Both the position numbers and the translations under genes were made by a program. Below, piece after piece: positions 18,516 to 27,469 of a DNA stretch of 64,000 nt (its first letter is position 1; the number at the start of each line of letters is the position of its first letter). The notes under the pieces were generated by a model, which was not told where the DNA came from, made no database searches, and saw only the letters and a list, made by a program, of their open reading frames with translations. The DNA lies in contig JBFWNU010000001.1 of NCBI GenBank assembly GCA_050250895.1, positions 552,008 to 616,007 of the forward strand. Reading direction: 5' to 3'. The DNA comes from Vulcanimicrobiota bacterium (GTDB taxonomy: Bacteria > Vulcanimicrobiota > Xenobia > Xenobiales > JADMJV01).

Positions 18516-19089
18516 GGCCTTGGGGCTCGTCAGGGGCCGAGAAGATGGGCTCGAGTTCCAGGCTCAGATTCGGCAGAAGCTTGGACTGAAGGCGCTGGTC
18601 GACGCCAAACGTCTTCCAGCACTCGAGCTCTGCATCCTGACTGGCCACGTGGACCTCGATGGTGTTCGCGGCGGGGTCCACCAGCCATAGCTCTTGAGCC
18701 CCGTAACGCGAGTAAGTGGACCGTTTGACTCCGCGGTCGCGCTTTTCGGTAGCCGGCGAGAGGGTCTCGACCACCAGGTCAGGGCAACCCTGAAGAAACT
18801 TGGGCTTGATGATGCTCTTTCGACCCCGGGCAAGGACCACGAGGTCGGGCTGCAACACGTCATGCTCGGAGAGTTTGACGTCGATTGGAGCATTGAACAG
18901 TAACCCCCACCTGGTTTCGCGTAGATAGAGTTCCAGAGCAAATTGCAGCTCGCGCGAGATCCATTGATGGCGGGTCGTCGGGGCTGGTGTTATCCTGAAG
19001 AAGTCTCCGTCTAGAAGCTCGAACCGCAGCCCCTCAGGCAACTGAGTGTAGTGCTCATAGGTGAATTTGTGCTTGGACTCGACGGCCAT
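18472..19089 (-). CDS. Uma2/DUF820 family PD-(D/E)xK endonuclease-like protein
   Basis: 'RFELLDG', 'P...HQ', 'QPDL', 'PDLVVE.LSP.T...DR..K...Y...G..E.WLVDP'. Confidence 0.9.
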   Translation of the reverse strand: MAVESKHKFTYEHYTQLPEGLRFELLDGDFFRITPAPTTRHQWISRELQFALELYLRETRWGLLFNAPIDVKLSEHDVLQPDLVVLARGRKSIIKPKFLQGCPDLVVETLSPATEKRDRGVKRSTYSRYGAQELWLVDPAANTIEVHVASQDAELECWKTFGVDQRLQSKLLPNLSLELEPIFSAPDEPQGPSRHPQPAEKPGPS

Positions 19090-19141
19090 AGTCTGATTTT
19101 AGCAAGCGATGCCAGTCACAGCAAGTTCTTCCGGGTCAGGG

Positions 19142-19168
19142 TTACGAAGCTCAGGCCGGTGCCGATAA
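19142..19168 (+). promoter_or_regulatory. sigma28 promoter of fliC
   Basis: TTAC-N15-GCCGATAA, with a perfect -10 element. Confidence 0.75.
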
Positions 19169-19245
19169 CCCCAACCGGAAGGAGTTTCTCCCGGGACCTG
19201 CTCTCGCAAAATTCGCCGTCCCGCGATCTTCGGGCTTTCGAGCCC

Positions 19246-19302
19246 CGGGCGACAAGGATGTCGCTCGCTCACAGAGAGCGTGAGGAAGCACTCAAGGAGG
19301 AG
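19246..19302 (+). promoter_or_regulatory. CsrA-binding sites in the flagellin 5' leader
   Basis: Hairpin CGGGCGACA-AGGA-TGTCGCTCG containing ACAAGGAUGU, plus further GGA motifs at TGAGGAAG and the RBS CAAGGAGG. Confidence 0.7.
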
Positions 19303-19310
19303 TAACAAAC

Positions 19311-21164
19311 ATGGGTTTCAGAATCAACCAGAACATCGGCGCGATGGTCGCGCTGAACAACTTGCAGCAGAACGACATGTCGATCAGTAAATCGATCGAA
19401 CGTCTCTCGACCGGCTTGCGCATCGTTCGCGGCGCCGACGACCCGTCTGGACTGGTCATCTCGGAGCGCTTTCGCGCCCAGGTGGAAGGTCTCGGACAGG
19501 CGGTCAGCAACGCCAAAGACGGTATCAACATGGTTCAGACTGCGGAAGGTGCGCTCGACGAGGTCAGCCAGGTGCTGCGCAATATGCGCAACGTGGCGGT
19601 TCACGCGGCCAACACCGGCCCCAACGACGCAGCCACCCTCGAAGCTGACCAGAACCAGATGCGTGAAGCCATCAAGACCCTGGACCGCATCGCCAGCCAG
19701 ACCCAATTCGGTGCCAAGAAGGTGCTCGATGGTTCGGCCGGCGTAACGGGCACGGTCACCAACGCCAACGTCAGGTTCGTATCGGGAACCACCAAGACTG
19801 CCGATGGCACCTACGCGGTGAATATCACCACCGCCGCCGCCAAGGGCAAGGTGACCTCGAACGCCAACGGTGGCGCGGCCGTGGCTCGCGGCACTCAGAA
19901 CACCACCGGGGCTAACGCCACCGACGGCAACGCTCTGACCGGTGCCGAGACCCTCACCATCACGGGAGCCATGTCCGGTGGCGCTAACATCGCCATCGCT
20001 CTGACCACCGGCGACGACGTCGACGACATGATCGACAAGATCAACCAGAACGCCGATGTCAAGTCGGCTGGTCTGACCGCCTCCAACGTGGGTGGCAAGA
20101 TCCAGCTGGCCTCTGATCGACTCGGAGCGGGAACCGCCGCCGAGCTCGACATGACCATCACCAACGCCAACGGCGGGACGGCCGTGAGTGGCCTGGCCGC
20201 TGCTGGCGCCAACACCTACTCCCAAGACGATGCCACCGGCGCGACCAAGCTGCGCAATGACGAGTTGCTGACCTTCTCGAACGGCACCAACACCGTCAAC
20301 GTCTCTTTGACCGCCGGTATGACCACTGCAGCCGCGGTGAGCGCCATCAATACCGCCCTCGACAACGCGGGCATCGGCGTCACGGCCGGCTTCGACAGCA
20401 CCGACGCGGTGTTTACCCTCGAGAACGATGCTTACGGCTCGAGCAGCACCGTGTCCAACACCTTCTCGTCGAACTTGTCGGGCGCTAACAGCACCGGACT
20501 AGCCGGCGCAGCGGGCACCAGCTACAACATCGCTGGCTCCGGCGCGGCCCTTTCGGGCGCGGACGGTTCTGACGGTGCCGACGTAGCCGGGACCATCGGC
20601 GGCTTTGCGGCTACCGGTTCGGGCCAGTTCCTGACCGGCAACGCAGGCACCGACGTAGAAGGACTCGAGATCAAAGTCAGCGGTGGTGGCACCGGCGCTC
20701 ACGGAACGGTGACCGCCGCCAACAACTCGCTGACCTTCCAAATCGGCGCCTTCGCCGACCAGACCGCCACCCTCGCCATCGGAGCGATGACCTCCACCAG
20801 TCTCGGAACCGACGCCGCTGGCGTCAGCATCATGAGTTCGGTGAGCGTGTCTAACATCGATGTCTCGTCGGGTGACGGCCAGGGCGCGCAGGATGCCATC
20901 AAGGTCCTCGACGCCGCCATCTCCCAGGTCTCCAAGCTCCGCTCTCAGATCGGTTCGTTCCAAAAGGACATCCTCGAGAGCACCGTGCGGACCCTGGGCG
21001 TGGCCAAGCAGAACCTGGCTTCCAGCGAATCGAACATCCGCGACGCTGACTTTGCGGCCGAGATGATGACCTTCTCTCGCTCGCAGATCCTCAGCCAGAC
21101 CGGTATGTCGATGTTGACCCAGGCCAACCAGGCCGGCCAGTCCGTCCTGAGTCTGTTCCGATAA
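19311..21164 (+). CDS. fliC: Flagellin
   Basis: 'RINQN..A', 'ERLSTGLRI...ADD', 'FQIGA', 'S.IRDADFA.E...QILSQ...QANQ'. Confidence 0.98.
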   Translation: MGFRINQNIGAMVALNNLQQNDMSISKSIERLSTGLRIVRGADDPSGLVISERFRAQVEGLGQAVSNAKDGINMVQTAEGALDEVSQVLRNMRNVAVHAANTGPNDAATLEADQNQMREAIKTLDRIASQTQFGAKKVLDGSAGVTGTVTNANVRFVSGTTKTADGTYAVNITTAAAKGKVTSNANGGAAVARGTQNTTGANATDGNALTGAETLTITGAMSGGANIAIALTTGDDVDDMIDKINQNADVKSAGLTASNVGGKIQLASDRLGAGTAAELDMTITNANGGTAVSGLAAAGANTYSQDDATGATKLRNDELLTFSNGTNTVNVSLTAGMTTAAAVSAINTALDNAGIGVTAGFDSTDAVFTLENDAYGSSSTVSNTFSSNLSGANSTGLAGAAGTSYNIAGSGAALSGADGSDGADVAGTIGGFAATGSGQFLTGNAGTDVEGLEIKVSGGGTGAHGTVTAANNSLTFQIGAFADQTATLAIGAMTSTSLGTDAAGVSIMSSVSVSNIDVSSGDGQGAQDAIKVLDAAISQVSKLRSQIGSFQKDILESTVRTLGVAKQNLASSESNIRDADFAAEMMTFSRSQILSQTGMSMLTQANQAGQSVLSLFR

Positions 21165-21173
21165 ACCTAGCTC

Positions 21174-21223
21174 GGGCCGGGGGGGGACCCCCCGTATCAT
21201 GCCCCCTCCGGCCCATTTCTTTT
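21174..21223 (+). terminator. Intrinsic terminator after fliC
   Basis: GGGCCGGGGGGGG...CCCCCTCCGGCCC stem followed by ATTTCTTTT. Confidence 0.6.
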
Positions 21224-21239
21224 CTGAGAGGAGCCCACC

Positions 21240-22637
21240 GTGGCCGTCACCTCCACATCCAATTCAGGCTTTCAAGTCAGCGGCATCATCTCGGGCCTCG
21301 ACACCGATGGAATCATCCAGAGCCTGGTCGGCATCGAGAAAGCGCCCTTGACCAACCTGGACGAACGCGAGGCGGAGTATAACAACGAGCTGACTGCCTG
21401 GCGCTCCTTGAACACGCGCCTGCTGGCCATGGATACCACCGCCAGTCGGCTGACCTCCGACACGCTCTATGAAGCCCGCAAAGCCTCTCTCTCGGATTCA
21501 GCGGCGGCCACCGTGATAGCCTCACCGGGCAAGGACCTGGGTACCTTCAGCTTCTCGGTCGAGAGCCTGGCCACCCGTCACCAACAGATTTCTCAAGGTT
21601 TCGCCGAGACGACTTCGTCGGTGGGCTCGGGGACCATCACCATCAAGATTGGCAGTGCCCAATTCAATCCCATCACCATCGACAGCCAAAACTCGACCCT
21701 GGCCGGCGTGCGCGACGCCATCAACCAGGCCAATGTGGGAGTCACCGCCTCCATCGTCGACTCGGGCGAAGCCGCCGGGAGCGACCGTTATCACCTGATC
21801 CTCAACAGCAAGAACACCGGCACCAAAGGAGCCATGGACATCAGCTTCAACCTGGCCGGTGGCACCGCCCCGGCCCTGTCCGATTTGCAAACGGCCGCCG
21901 ACGCAACCATCAAGTTCGGTAAGGGCGCCAACGCCATTACCATCACCTCGAGCAGCAACACCATCAGCGACGTGCTGCCCGGCGTCACGCTCGACCTCAA
22001 ACAGGCCAAACCGGGCGAGTCGATCGACCTGACCATCAGCTCGGACCGCACCGCCGCGCGCACGGCCGTGACCAACTTCCTCAGTCAATTCAACGCCATG
22101 TCGGATTTCTTCAAAGAGCAATTCGAATACGATGCGGCCACCGGAGCGACCGGCACTCTGTTCGGCGACGCGGGTCTGCTCTCACTACAGGATCAGCTCT
22201 CGAGCACCGTCACCTCCACCCGTTACGTCAAGGGCGACTACTACTCTCTGGCCCAGATCGGTATCACGCTGGACCAGGGCGGGCATCTGTCCATCAGCGA
22301 CGAGGCTGCCTTCTCGAAGGCCCTCGAAAATCCCGAGTCACTGAAAGCCCTGTTCAACGATTCGAGTCACGGCGTCATCACCAAGACCCGCAAACTCATC
22401 GACCAGACCAAGACCGTCTCGACCGGACTGGTCGACATTCAAGAAAAGAGTATCAACACCGAACTCGAGGCCATCCACGACAAGCGCCTCGATATTCTGC
22501 GCCGGGCCGACGCCACCGAGCTCTTGCTACGAAAGCAATTCGCCGCCATGGAAACGGCTCTGGCCGCCCTACGCTCTCAAAGTTCTCAACTAGCCAGCCA
22601 GATTAGCAGCGCGACGGTCTCGACCTCGGGCACTTAG
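21240..22637 (+). CDS. fliD: Filament cap protein FliD
   Basis: 'SG..SGLDT', 'V.SLAT', 'SSNT...PGVTL.L', 'L.QIGI', 'QF.AME'. Confidence 0.93.
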   Translation: MAVTSTSNSGFQVSGIISGLDTDGIIQSLVGIEKAPLTNLDEREAEYNNELTAWRSLNTRLLAMDTTASRLTSDTLYEARKASLSDSAAATVIASPGKDLGTFSFSVESLATRHQQISQGFAETTSSVGSGTITIKIGSAQFNPITIDSQNSTLAGVRDAINQANVGVTASIVDSGEAAGSDRYHLILNSKNTGTKGAMDISFNLAGGTAPALSDLQTAADATIKFGKGANAITITSSSNTISDVLPGVTLDLKQAKPGESIDLTISSDRTAARTAVTNFLSQFNAMSDFFKEQFEYDAATGATGTLFGDAGLLSLQDQLSSTVTSTRYVKGDYYSLAQIGITLDQGGHLSISDEAAFSKALENPESLKALFNDSSHGVITKTRKLIDQTKTVSTGLVDIQEKSINTELEAIHDKRLDILRRADATELLLRKQFAAMETALAALRSQSSQLASQISSATVSTSGT

Positions 22638-22651
22638 AACGGAGGATCTCG

Positions 22652-23035
22652 ATGAACAACCTGGCCAAGAAGTATAGAAACGTCCAGCATTCGACTACCG
22701 ACAAAGGTGGCGTGCTCCTGCTCTTGCACGATGGAATCCTGCGAGAGTTACGCAAAGCTCAAGAGGCCTTCTCGGAGCCCCAGGGAGGCGAACTCAGCCT
22801 GCTAAAAGCCCAGATGGGGGTGGTGGAGCTCGACCGCACTCTCAACTTCGAGGCCGGACCCGAGCTGGCCGACAGTCTGCACAACCTTTACCTGCATATG
22901 CTGTGGGTCATGTCCGAGGCCCTGGAAAAGCGCGACGCTCTGGGACTGGTCCCGGTCATCAAGATGCTCACCGAGTTGCGCGAGGCCTGGTCGGTGGCCT
23001 GCACCGAGACGCGCCAGGCCAAGAGAGCGGTCTAG
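22652..23035 (+). CDS. fliS: Flagellin chaperone FliS
   Basis: 'KY', 'LL.L.DG', 'L..E.G.ELA..L..LY', 'LREAW'. Confidence 0.9.
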   Translation: MNNLAKKYRNVQHSTTDKGGVLLLLHDGILRELRKAQEAFSEPQGGELSLLKAQMGVVELDRTLNFEAGPELADSLHNLYLHMLWVMSEALEKRDALGLVPVIKMLTELREAWSVACTETRQAKRAV

Positions 23036-23037
23036 CC

Positions 23038-23328
23038 ATGGAACTGTTCTCAGTGGGCGACGAGCTGCTGCGGGCCTTGCAGCAACCCGAGCCGAACGTC
23101 AACGAGATCCTCCGGCTCGTGAACTGCCGTCAGGGCTGGCTCGACGCGGCCGTGGTCAAAGGCCTGTCGCAGGGCGACCAGCAGCGCCTGGTGGAACAGG
23201 ACCGACAACTGGTGCGCAGCGCTCACCATTGCTGGCAAAGCCTGGGCGACGCCCTCACCCGGGTGGGTCCGGCCAAACGCCTCAAAGCTCGGGGCAAGCC
23301 CAGTCGCTTTATCGACTGCCGCACCTGA
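23038..23328 (+). CDS. Possible FliT-like chaperone
   Basis: 96-aa helical ORF immediately after fliD-fliS, ending 'SRFIDCRT'. Assigned by position. Confidence 0.45.
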   Translation: MELFSVGDELLRALQQPEPNVNEILRLVNCRQGWLDAAVVKGLSQGDQQRLVEQDRQLVRSAHHCWQSLGDALTRVGPAKRLKARGKPSRFIDCRT

Positions 23329-23816
23329 CCAAAGAGAATAGACGAGGCGCTAGCGACCTCAGCAGTGCGGCAAGCCTCCTCTCTCAAGCTATTCTCGTCA
23401 CCTTAGGACTGGCCGGCAATCCCGCCGGCCTTTTGCCTTGGCTGCCGGGGCTGACCTGCGGGCTGGCCGGGCTGGCCGGCTGCTGTCGACGAAGATGAAC
23501 CGGCAACGGTGGTGAGCCTGGGCTCTGGGGCCTTCTGGCCTATTTCTGGACCGCGTCTGCTGGTGGTCATGATCTCTTTGGCCAGCGACCGCGCTACTCC
23601 GGCGTCGGCTCGGCGGCGGGTATGTGGGTGCTTGGCCTGGTGGCCTTCGACCGGACCACTCGTCGCCTCGAGCGTGAGGCCAAAGAGGCGCTGGCATCCA
23701 GGCTTAGCGAAGCGGAACGCCAGCACCTCGACCGGTTTAGGCCGCCTGCTCTTCGAACAACGCAAACTGACCCGGGGGCGCCGTCCCCGGGTCAGTCATC
23801 CGCGCTGTCGGTTCCC

Positions 23817-24572
23817 CTAATGAGCGACTTTGAGCGTCTCCAGGCTGGTGTTCTCGAGGTACTCCCGAAGCTTCTTGAGAGCTCTTCCGTGCAACTGCGA
23901 GACACGGGCTTCGGAGACTTCGAGGATGGCCGCGATCTCGCGGATGTTGAGGTCCTCGAAGTAATACAGCGATAACAACAGACGGTCCCTCTCCTTGAGG
24001 ATCTTGAGGCCCTCTTTGAGCAGTTGTTTCTTGGTGGCCTTGTCGGCCAGGGCGTCCACGCTCGGGCCTTCGTCGGCCAGCGAATCCAACCATGTCTCGC
24101 CCTCTTCGTTGCGCAGGCGCGACTCTTGCAAAGAACCCACGAAGCCCGTCTTGCTCTCGTTGCGACGGCGCTCGATCTCGTTCTCGGTGATACCCATCTC
24201 GGCGGCCAGCTCGACCCGTTCGGGATAGCGTCCCAGGCGATGACAGAGGGTCTCTTCAGCCTGGTTGAGTTCGCGTAAGCGGCGGCGCGCACCTCGACTA
24301 GCGAAGTCCTTGCTGCGCAGGGCATCCAGGATGGCACCGCGGATGCGGTTGGAGACGAAAGTCTTGAATTGAATTCCCTTACTGGGATCAAAGCGATGCA
24401 GGGCGTCCATTAGCCCCACCACTCCATCGTGAAGCAGGTCCTCTGTATCTACATGACTTGGTAGCGTCATGGCGATTCTCGAGGCGATGTGTTTGACCAG
24501 GCCCGCGTGCTTTTTGGCATACAGGTCCCGCTCTTCTGGACTCAGGCGATTCTTCTCGGCGCTCGCTCCCAT
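23817..24572 (-). CDS. fliA: RNA polymerase sigma28 factor FliA/WhiG
   Basis: 'LP.HV..EDL...G..GL.DA..RFDP.KG..F.T....RIRGAILD.LR', 'VSEARVSQLH'. AGGAGG RBS before ATG 24572. Confidence 0.95.
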   Translation of the reverse strand: MGASAEKNRLSPEERDLYAKKHAGLVKHIASRIAMTLPSHVDTEDLLHDGVVGLMDALHRFDPSKGIQFKTFVSNRIRGAILDALRSKDFASRGARRRLRELNQAEETLCHRLGRYPERVELAAEMGITENEIERRRNESKTGFVGSLQESRLRNEEGETWLDSLADEGPSVDALADKATKKQLLKEGLKILKERDRLLLSLYYFEDLNIREIAAILEVSEARVSQLHGRALKKLREYLENTSLETLKVAH

Positions 24573-24657
24573 TTGGCGATTCCTCCTATCCGATTTCGCT
24601 TGTATCATTGCCAGCCGAGGGCCAACCCCCTTGAGAGGGATCCAGAATGCGGGTTTC

Positions 24658-24700
24658 CCCTCCCGAGGTCGTACAAGTACGCCCTCGGGAGGGTGGTTTT
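24658..24700. promoter_or_regulatory. Strong inverted repeat between the divergent sigma factor genes
   Basis: CCCTCCCGAGGtCGTAC-aa-GTACGcCCTCGGGAGGG followed by TGGTTTT. Confidence 0.5.
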
Positions 24701-24793
24701 CATACCGGCCTCTACACCGTCTATCCCCACTACAAGCAGCCTCTGGCCAGACCTATGATGGAGCCACAAGAGAGACACGGAGGACGGAACAAA

Positions 24794-25384
24794 ATGGGGA
24801 CTCACAAGATGGAATACACGCAAGAGCAGCTGGTGGAGATCGTGGAAGGCGCCCAGGCCGGCGACCAGACAGACTGCCAGATCCTTTTCGAGAAATTCGA
24901 GGGCTACGCCCACTACCTGACCCGGCGCTTCTTCCTGCCCGGGGCCGAGAAGGAAGACCTGTTCCAAGAGGCCGTGGCCGGCTTCGCCAAAGCCCTCGAC
25001 GGCTATCGCGCCCAGCACGGCACCCGGGTAGAAGACTACTTCTGCATGTGCATGCGCAACTCGGTAGTGGCCAGTGTGCGCAAGGCCACGCGCAAGAAAC
25101 AGCAGGTACTCTCTGACGCCACCGCCCTGGAAGATGTGGTGCCGGTAGCCTCCTCGACCTGGTCACCCGAGCGTGTGGTGGAAGGCAAAATGGCCTTCGA
25201 GCAAATGCTGCGCGGTCTGAAAGAAGCTCTATCCAGCCTGGAATTCGAAGCTCTGTTCGCCCGCATCCGCGGTATCACGGTAGCCGAAATCGGCGAGGCC
25301 ATGGGTATCTCGCCGAAAACCGTCGAGAACGCCCTTTTCCGGGCTCGCCACAAAGCTCGCAAGGTTGCAATCGCTATGGCTTAG
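24794..25384 (+). CDS. SigH-like alternative sigma70 factor
   Basis: 'FFLPGAEKEDLFQE...G..KA...Y', 'RKATRKKQ', 'LS.LE', 'KTVENAL.RAR.K' parallel Firmicute sigmaH (YFLIGADREDIVQEG...KSIDNALQRVKRK). Confidence 0.8.
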   Translation: MGTHKMEYTQEQLVEIVEGAQAGDQTDCQILFEKFEGYAHYLTRRFFLPGAEKEDLFQEAVAGFAKALDGYRAQHGTRVEDYFCMCMRNSVVASVRKATRKKQQVLSDATALEDVVPVASSTWSPERVVEGKMAFEQMLRGLKEALSSLEFEALFARIRGITVAEIGEAMGISPKTVENALFRARHKARKVAIAMA

Positions 25385-25387
25385 GCC

Positions 25388-25414
25388 TTTAGCTCTCGGG
25401 GTTTGGACCGATAA
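25388..25414 (+). promoter_or_regulatory. sigma28 promoter of motAB
   Basis: TTTA-N15-ACCGATAA. Confidence 0.75.
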
Positions 25415-25456
25415 CCTCCGTAAGAACCGGAACACCGGACTTACGGAGGTTTCTTC

Positions 25457-26326
25457 ATGCTGATCATTGTTGGGGTGATTGTCGTCTTTGGCTGCGTGGC
25501 CGGGGGTTTCGCCATGCACCACGGACCATTCGGGGTGCTTTGGCAGCCCTCAGAGTTCGTCATCATCGGCGGCGCAGCCCTGGGCTCGATGATCATTATG
25601 GCTCCCGGTCACGTGCTCAAAGAAATCTTGCACGGTCTCATCGGCCTGCTCAAGGGCAAGAGCGGCGGGAAAGCCCAGATGCTGGGCTTGCTGGCCACCC
25701 TCTTCCATCTGGTAAAGGTTGGGTCGTATCAGGGCAGCAACGGTCTCGAGCCCCACGTCGAGAACCCGGAAAGTAGCGACATCATCAGCAAGAATCACGA
25801 CCTGGTGCACGACCACCACGTCATCGAGTTCTTGTGTGATACGCTCAAAGTCATCATCATCGGGGGCGTGCCCGAGCACCAGATCGCCGAACTGACCGAC
25901 ATGAGCCTCGATGTCCACTCGGAGGAGGCTCATCACCCACCGGCCGTCCTGACCAAGATTGCCGACTCCCTTCCAGGTATGGGAATCGTCGCGGCCGTGC
26001 TGGGCATCATCATTACGATGCAGCACATCGATGGCGAACCCGCCGAGATCGGCCACAGCGTAGCCGCCGCCCTGGTAGGAACCTTCCTCGGTATTCTGAT
26101 GGCCTACGGGGTCATCGGCCCCCTGGCGTCCAAGCTCGAATTCGCCAGCCATGAGACTCACTTCAAACTCAACGCGGTGCGCGGCTGCGTGCTGGCCTAC
26201 GCCCGCGGGCTGCATCCACTACTCTGCGCCGAATTTGGCCGCCGAGCCCTGCCTTCTCACCTTCGCCCGAGCTTTAGTGAACTAGAAGCCGCCTGTCGTG
26301 ACGGCGCATCAGTGGAGGCCGCATGA
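25457..26326 (+). CDS. motA: Flagellar stator protein MotA
   Basis: 'LWQPSE..IIGG', 'ADSLPG.GIVAAVLG', 'AALVGTFLGIL..YG', 'E.GRR', 'RPSF.ELE'. Confidence 0.97.
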   Translation: MLIIVGVIVVFGCVAGGFAMHHGPFGVLWQPSEFVIIGGAALGSMIIMAPGHVLKEILHGLIGLLKGKSGGKAQMLGLLATLFHLVKVGSYQGSNGLEPHVENPESSDIISKNHDLVHDHHVIEFLCDTLKVIIIGGVPEHQIAELTDMSLDVHSEEAHHPPAVLTKIADSLPGMGIVAAVLGIIITMQHIDGEPAEIGHSVAAALVGTFLGILMAYGVIGPLASKLEFASHETHFKLNAVRGCVLAYARGLHPLLCAEFGRRALPSHLRPSFSELEAACRDGASVEAA

Positions 26327-27189
26327 GCGACTTCGATGGACCTCCGATCATCGTCAAAAAGATCGTCAAGGGTGGTCACGGTCACCACGGTGGCAGTTGG
26401 AAGGTGGCCTACGCCGACTTCGTCACGGCCATGATGGCGCTCTTCATCGTGCTCTGGGTTATCGGACAGAGCGACCCGGTCAAGCAAGCCGTCTCGGAAT
26501 ACTTCATCGATCCCTCGCTGAGCCCCGAAGAGATCGCCATCAAATTGAGCCGGGCCAAGGCCGAAGCGGAAGAGATCAAGCCCGAGCCGATGCTCGAACC
26601 GCAAGAAGACAAGCCCGACGAAGAGATGGTCGATCTTGCCGACCGCATCCGCAATGCGCTCGAGGCCCTGGATTGGGAAGACAAACTCGAAGGCCAGATC
26701 ATCATCGAACTCACCGACGAAGGTCTGCGCATCGAACTGATCGACCTGGCCACGTCCCCCTTCTTCGACATCGGCAGCGCTCTGCCCAAGCCTCACACCC
26801 AGCAAGCCTTGCGCGCCATCGGTAAGCAATTGGCCAACAGCGACAAGCCGATCGCCCTGGAAGGCCATACCGACTCCAGGCCATTTCACAACGGGTACTA
26901 CGGCAATTGGGAACTCTCGGCCGACAGAGCCAACGCCGCCCGCCGCCTGCTGGAGGAAGCCGGCGTCTCGGCCAGTCGCATCCAGGCCGTGCGCGGCTAT
27001 GCCGACCAGCGCCTGCGGGACAAGAAGAACCCGATGAGCGCCAGCAATCGCCGCGTCAGTATCGTGGTTTTCCACAAAAAGCAACCCGGCTCGAAGAAGA
27101 AGCCACCCAGGGAGAAACACGACGAGTCTCACAGTGAGGACATCCACCCGAGCGAACGCCACGCCTCGACCGGCCCTCACGAAGACTAG
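26323..27189 (+). CDS. motB: Flagellar stator protein MotB
   Basis: 'HHGGSWKVAYADFVTAMMA' and OmpA-like 'EGHTD...NWELSADRA'. Confidence 0.97.
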   Translation: MSDFDGPPIIVKKIVKGGHGHHGGSWKVAYADFVTAMMALFIVLWVIGQSDPVKQAVSEYFIDPSLSPEEIAIKLSRAKAEAEEIKPEPMLEPQEDKPDEEMVDLADRIRNALEALDWEDKLEGQIIIELTDEGLRIELIDLATSPFFDIGSALPKPHTQQALRAIGKQLANSDKPIALEGHTDSRPFHNGYYGNWELSADRANAARRLLEEAGVSASRIQAVRGYADQRLRDKKNPMSASNRRVSIVVFHKKQPGSKKKPPREKHDESHSEDIHPSERHASTGPHED

Positions 27190-27469
27190 ATCTTAGGGGA
27201 CCAACCCGCCGGGTCTGCTGGTCAGCTGTGGCGACCGCTCAGGCTCCCAGTGTGTGCCCGAGGACTGGTTGGTGACGCCTTCGCCGCTACTGGTCGAGGT
27301 GCCCGATCCCGACCTCAGCCTTGACCGTGACGAGGTGTTGGCCGCGCTACCGCCGCAACCGCCCCTCGACGAGGTACGAGAGTCGACACCCGAATACACC
27401 CGGGCTTGAGTCCGGGAATGGTTCTTCCGACCGGCAAGAATTTGTCGAGCAGACGCGAATGGGCGCCGA

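Noticed and set aside
23340-23816. Possible small membrane-protein gene between fliT-like and fliA
   Set aside because: A hydrophobic plus-strand frame is broken by a TGA at 23496-23498 and has no clear start or RBS. It may be a remnant but cannot be supported.
24609-24760. c-di-GMP riboswitch upstream of fliA/sigH-like (also looked for in the fliC leader)
   Set aside because: No GEMM signature (GGCAAAC...GAAA...GACGCAAAG) seen; only a simple hairpin.
27197-27409. Lipoprotein-like fragment (LLVSC...) upstream of DUF4956
   Set aside because: No start codon before the putative lipobox; short and unrecognisable.
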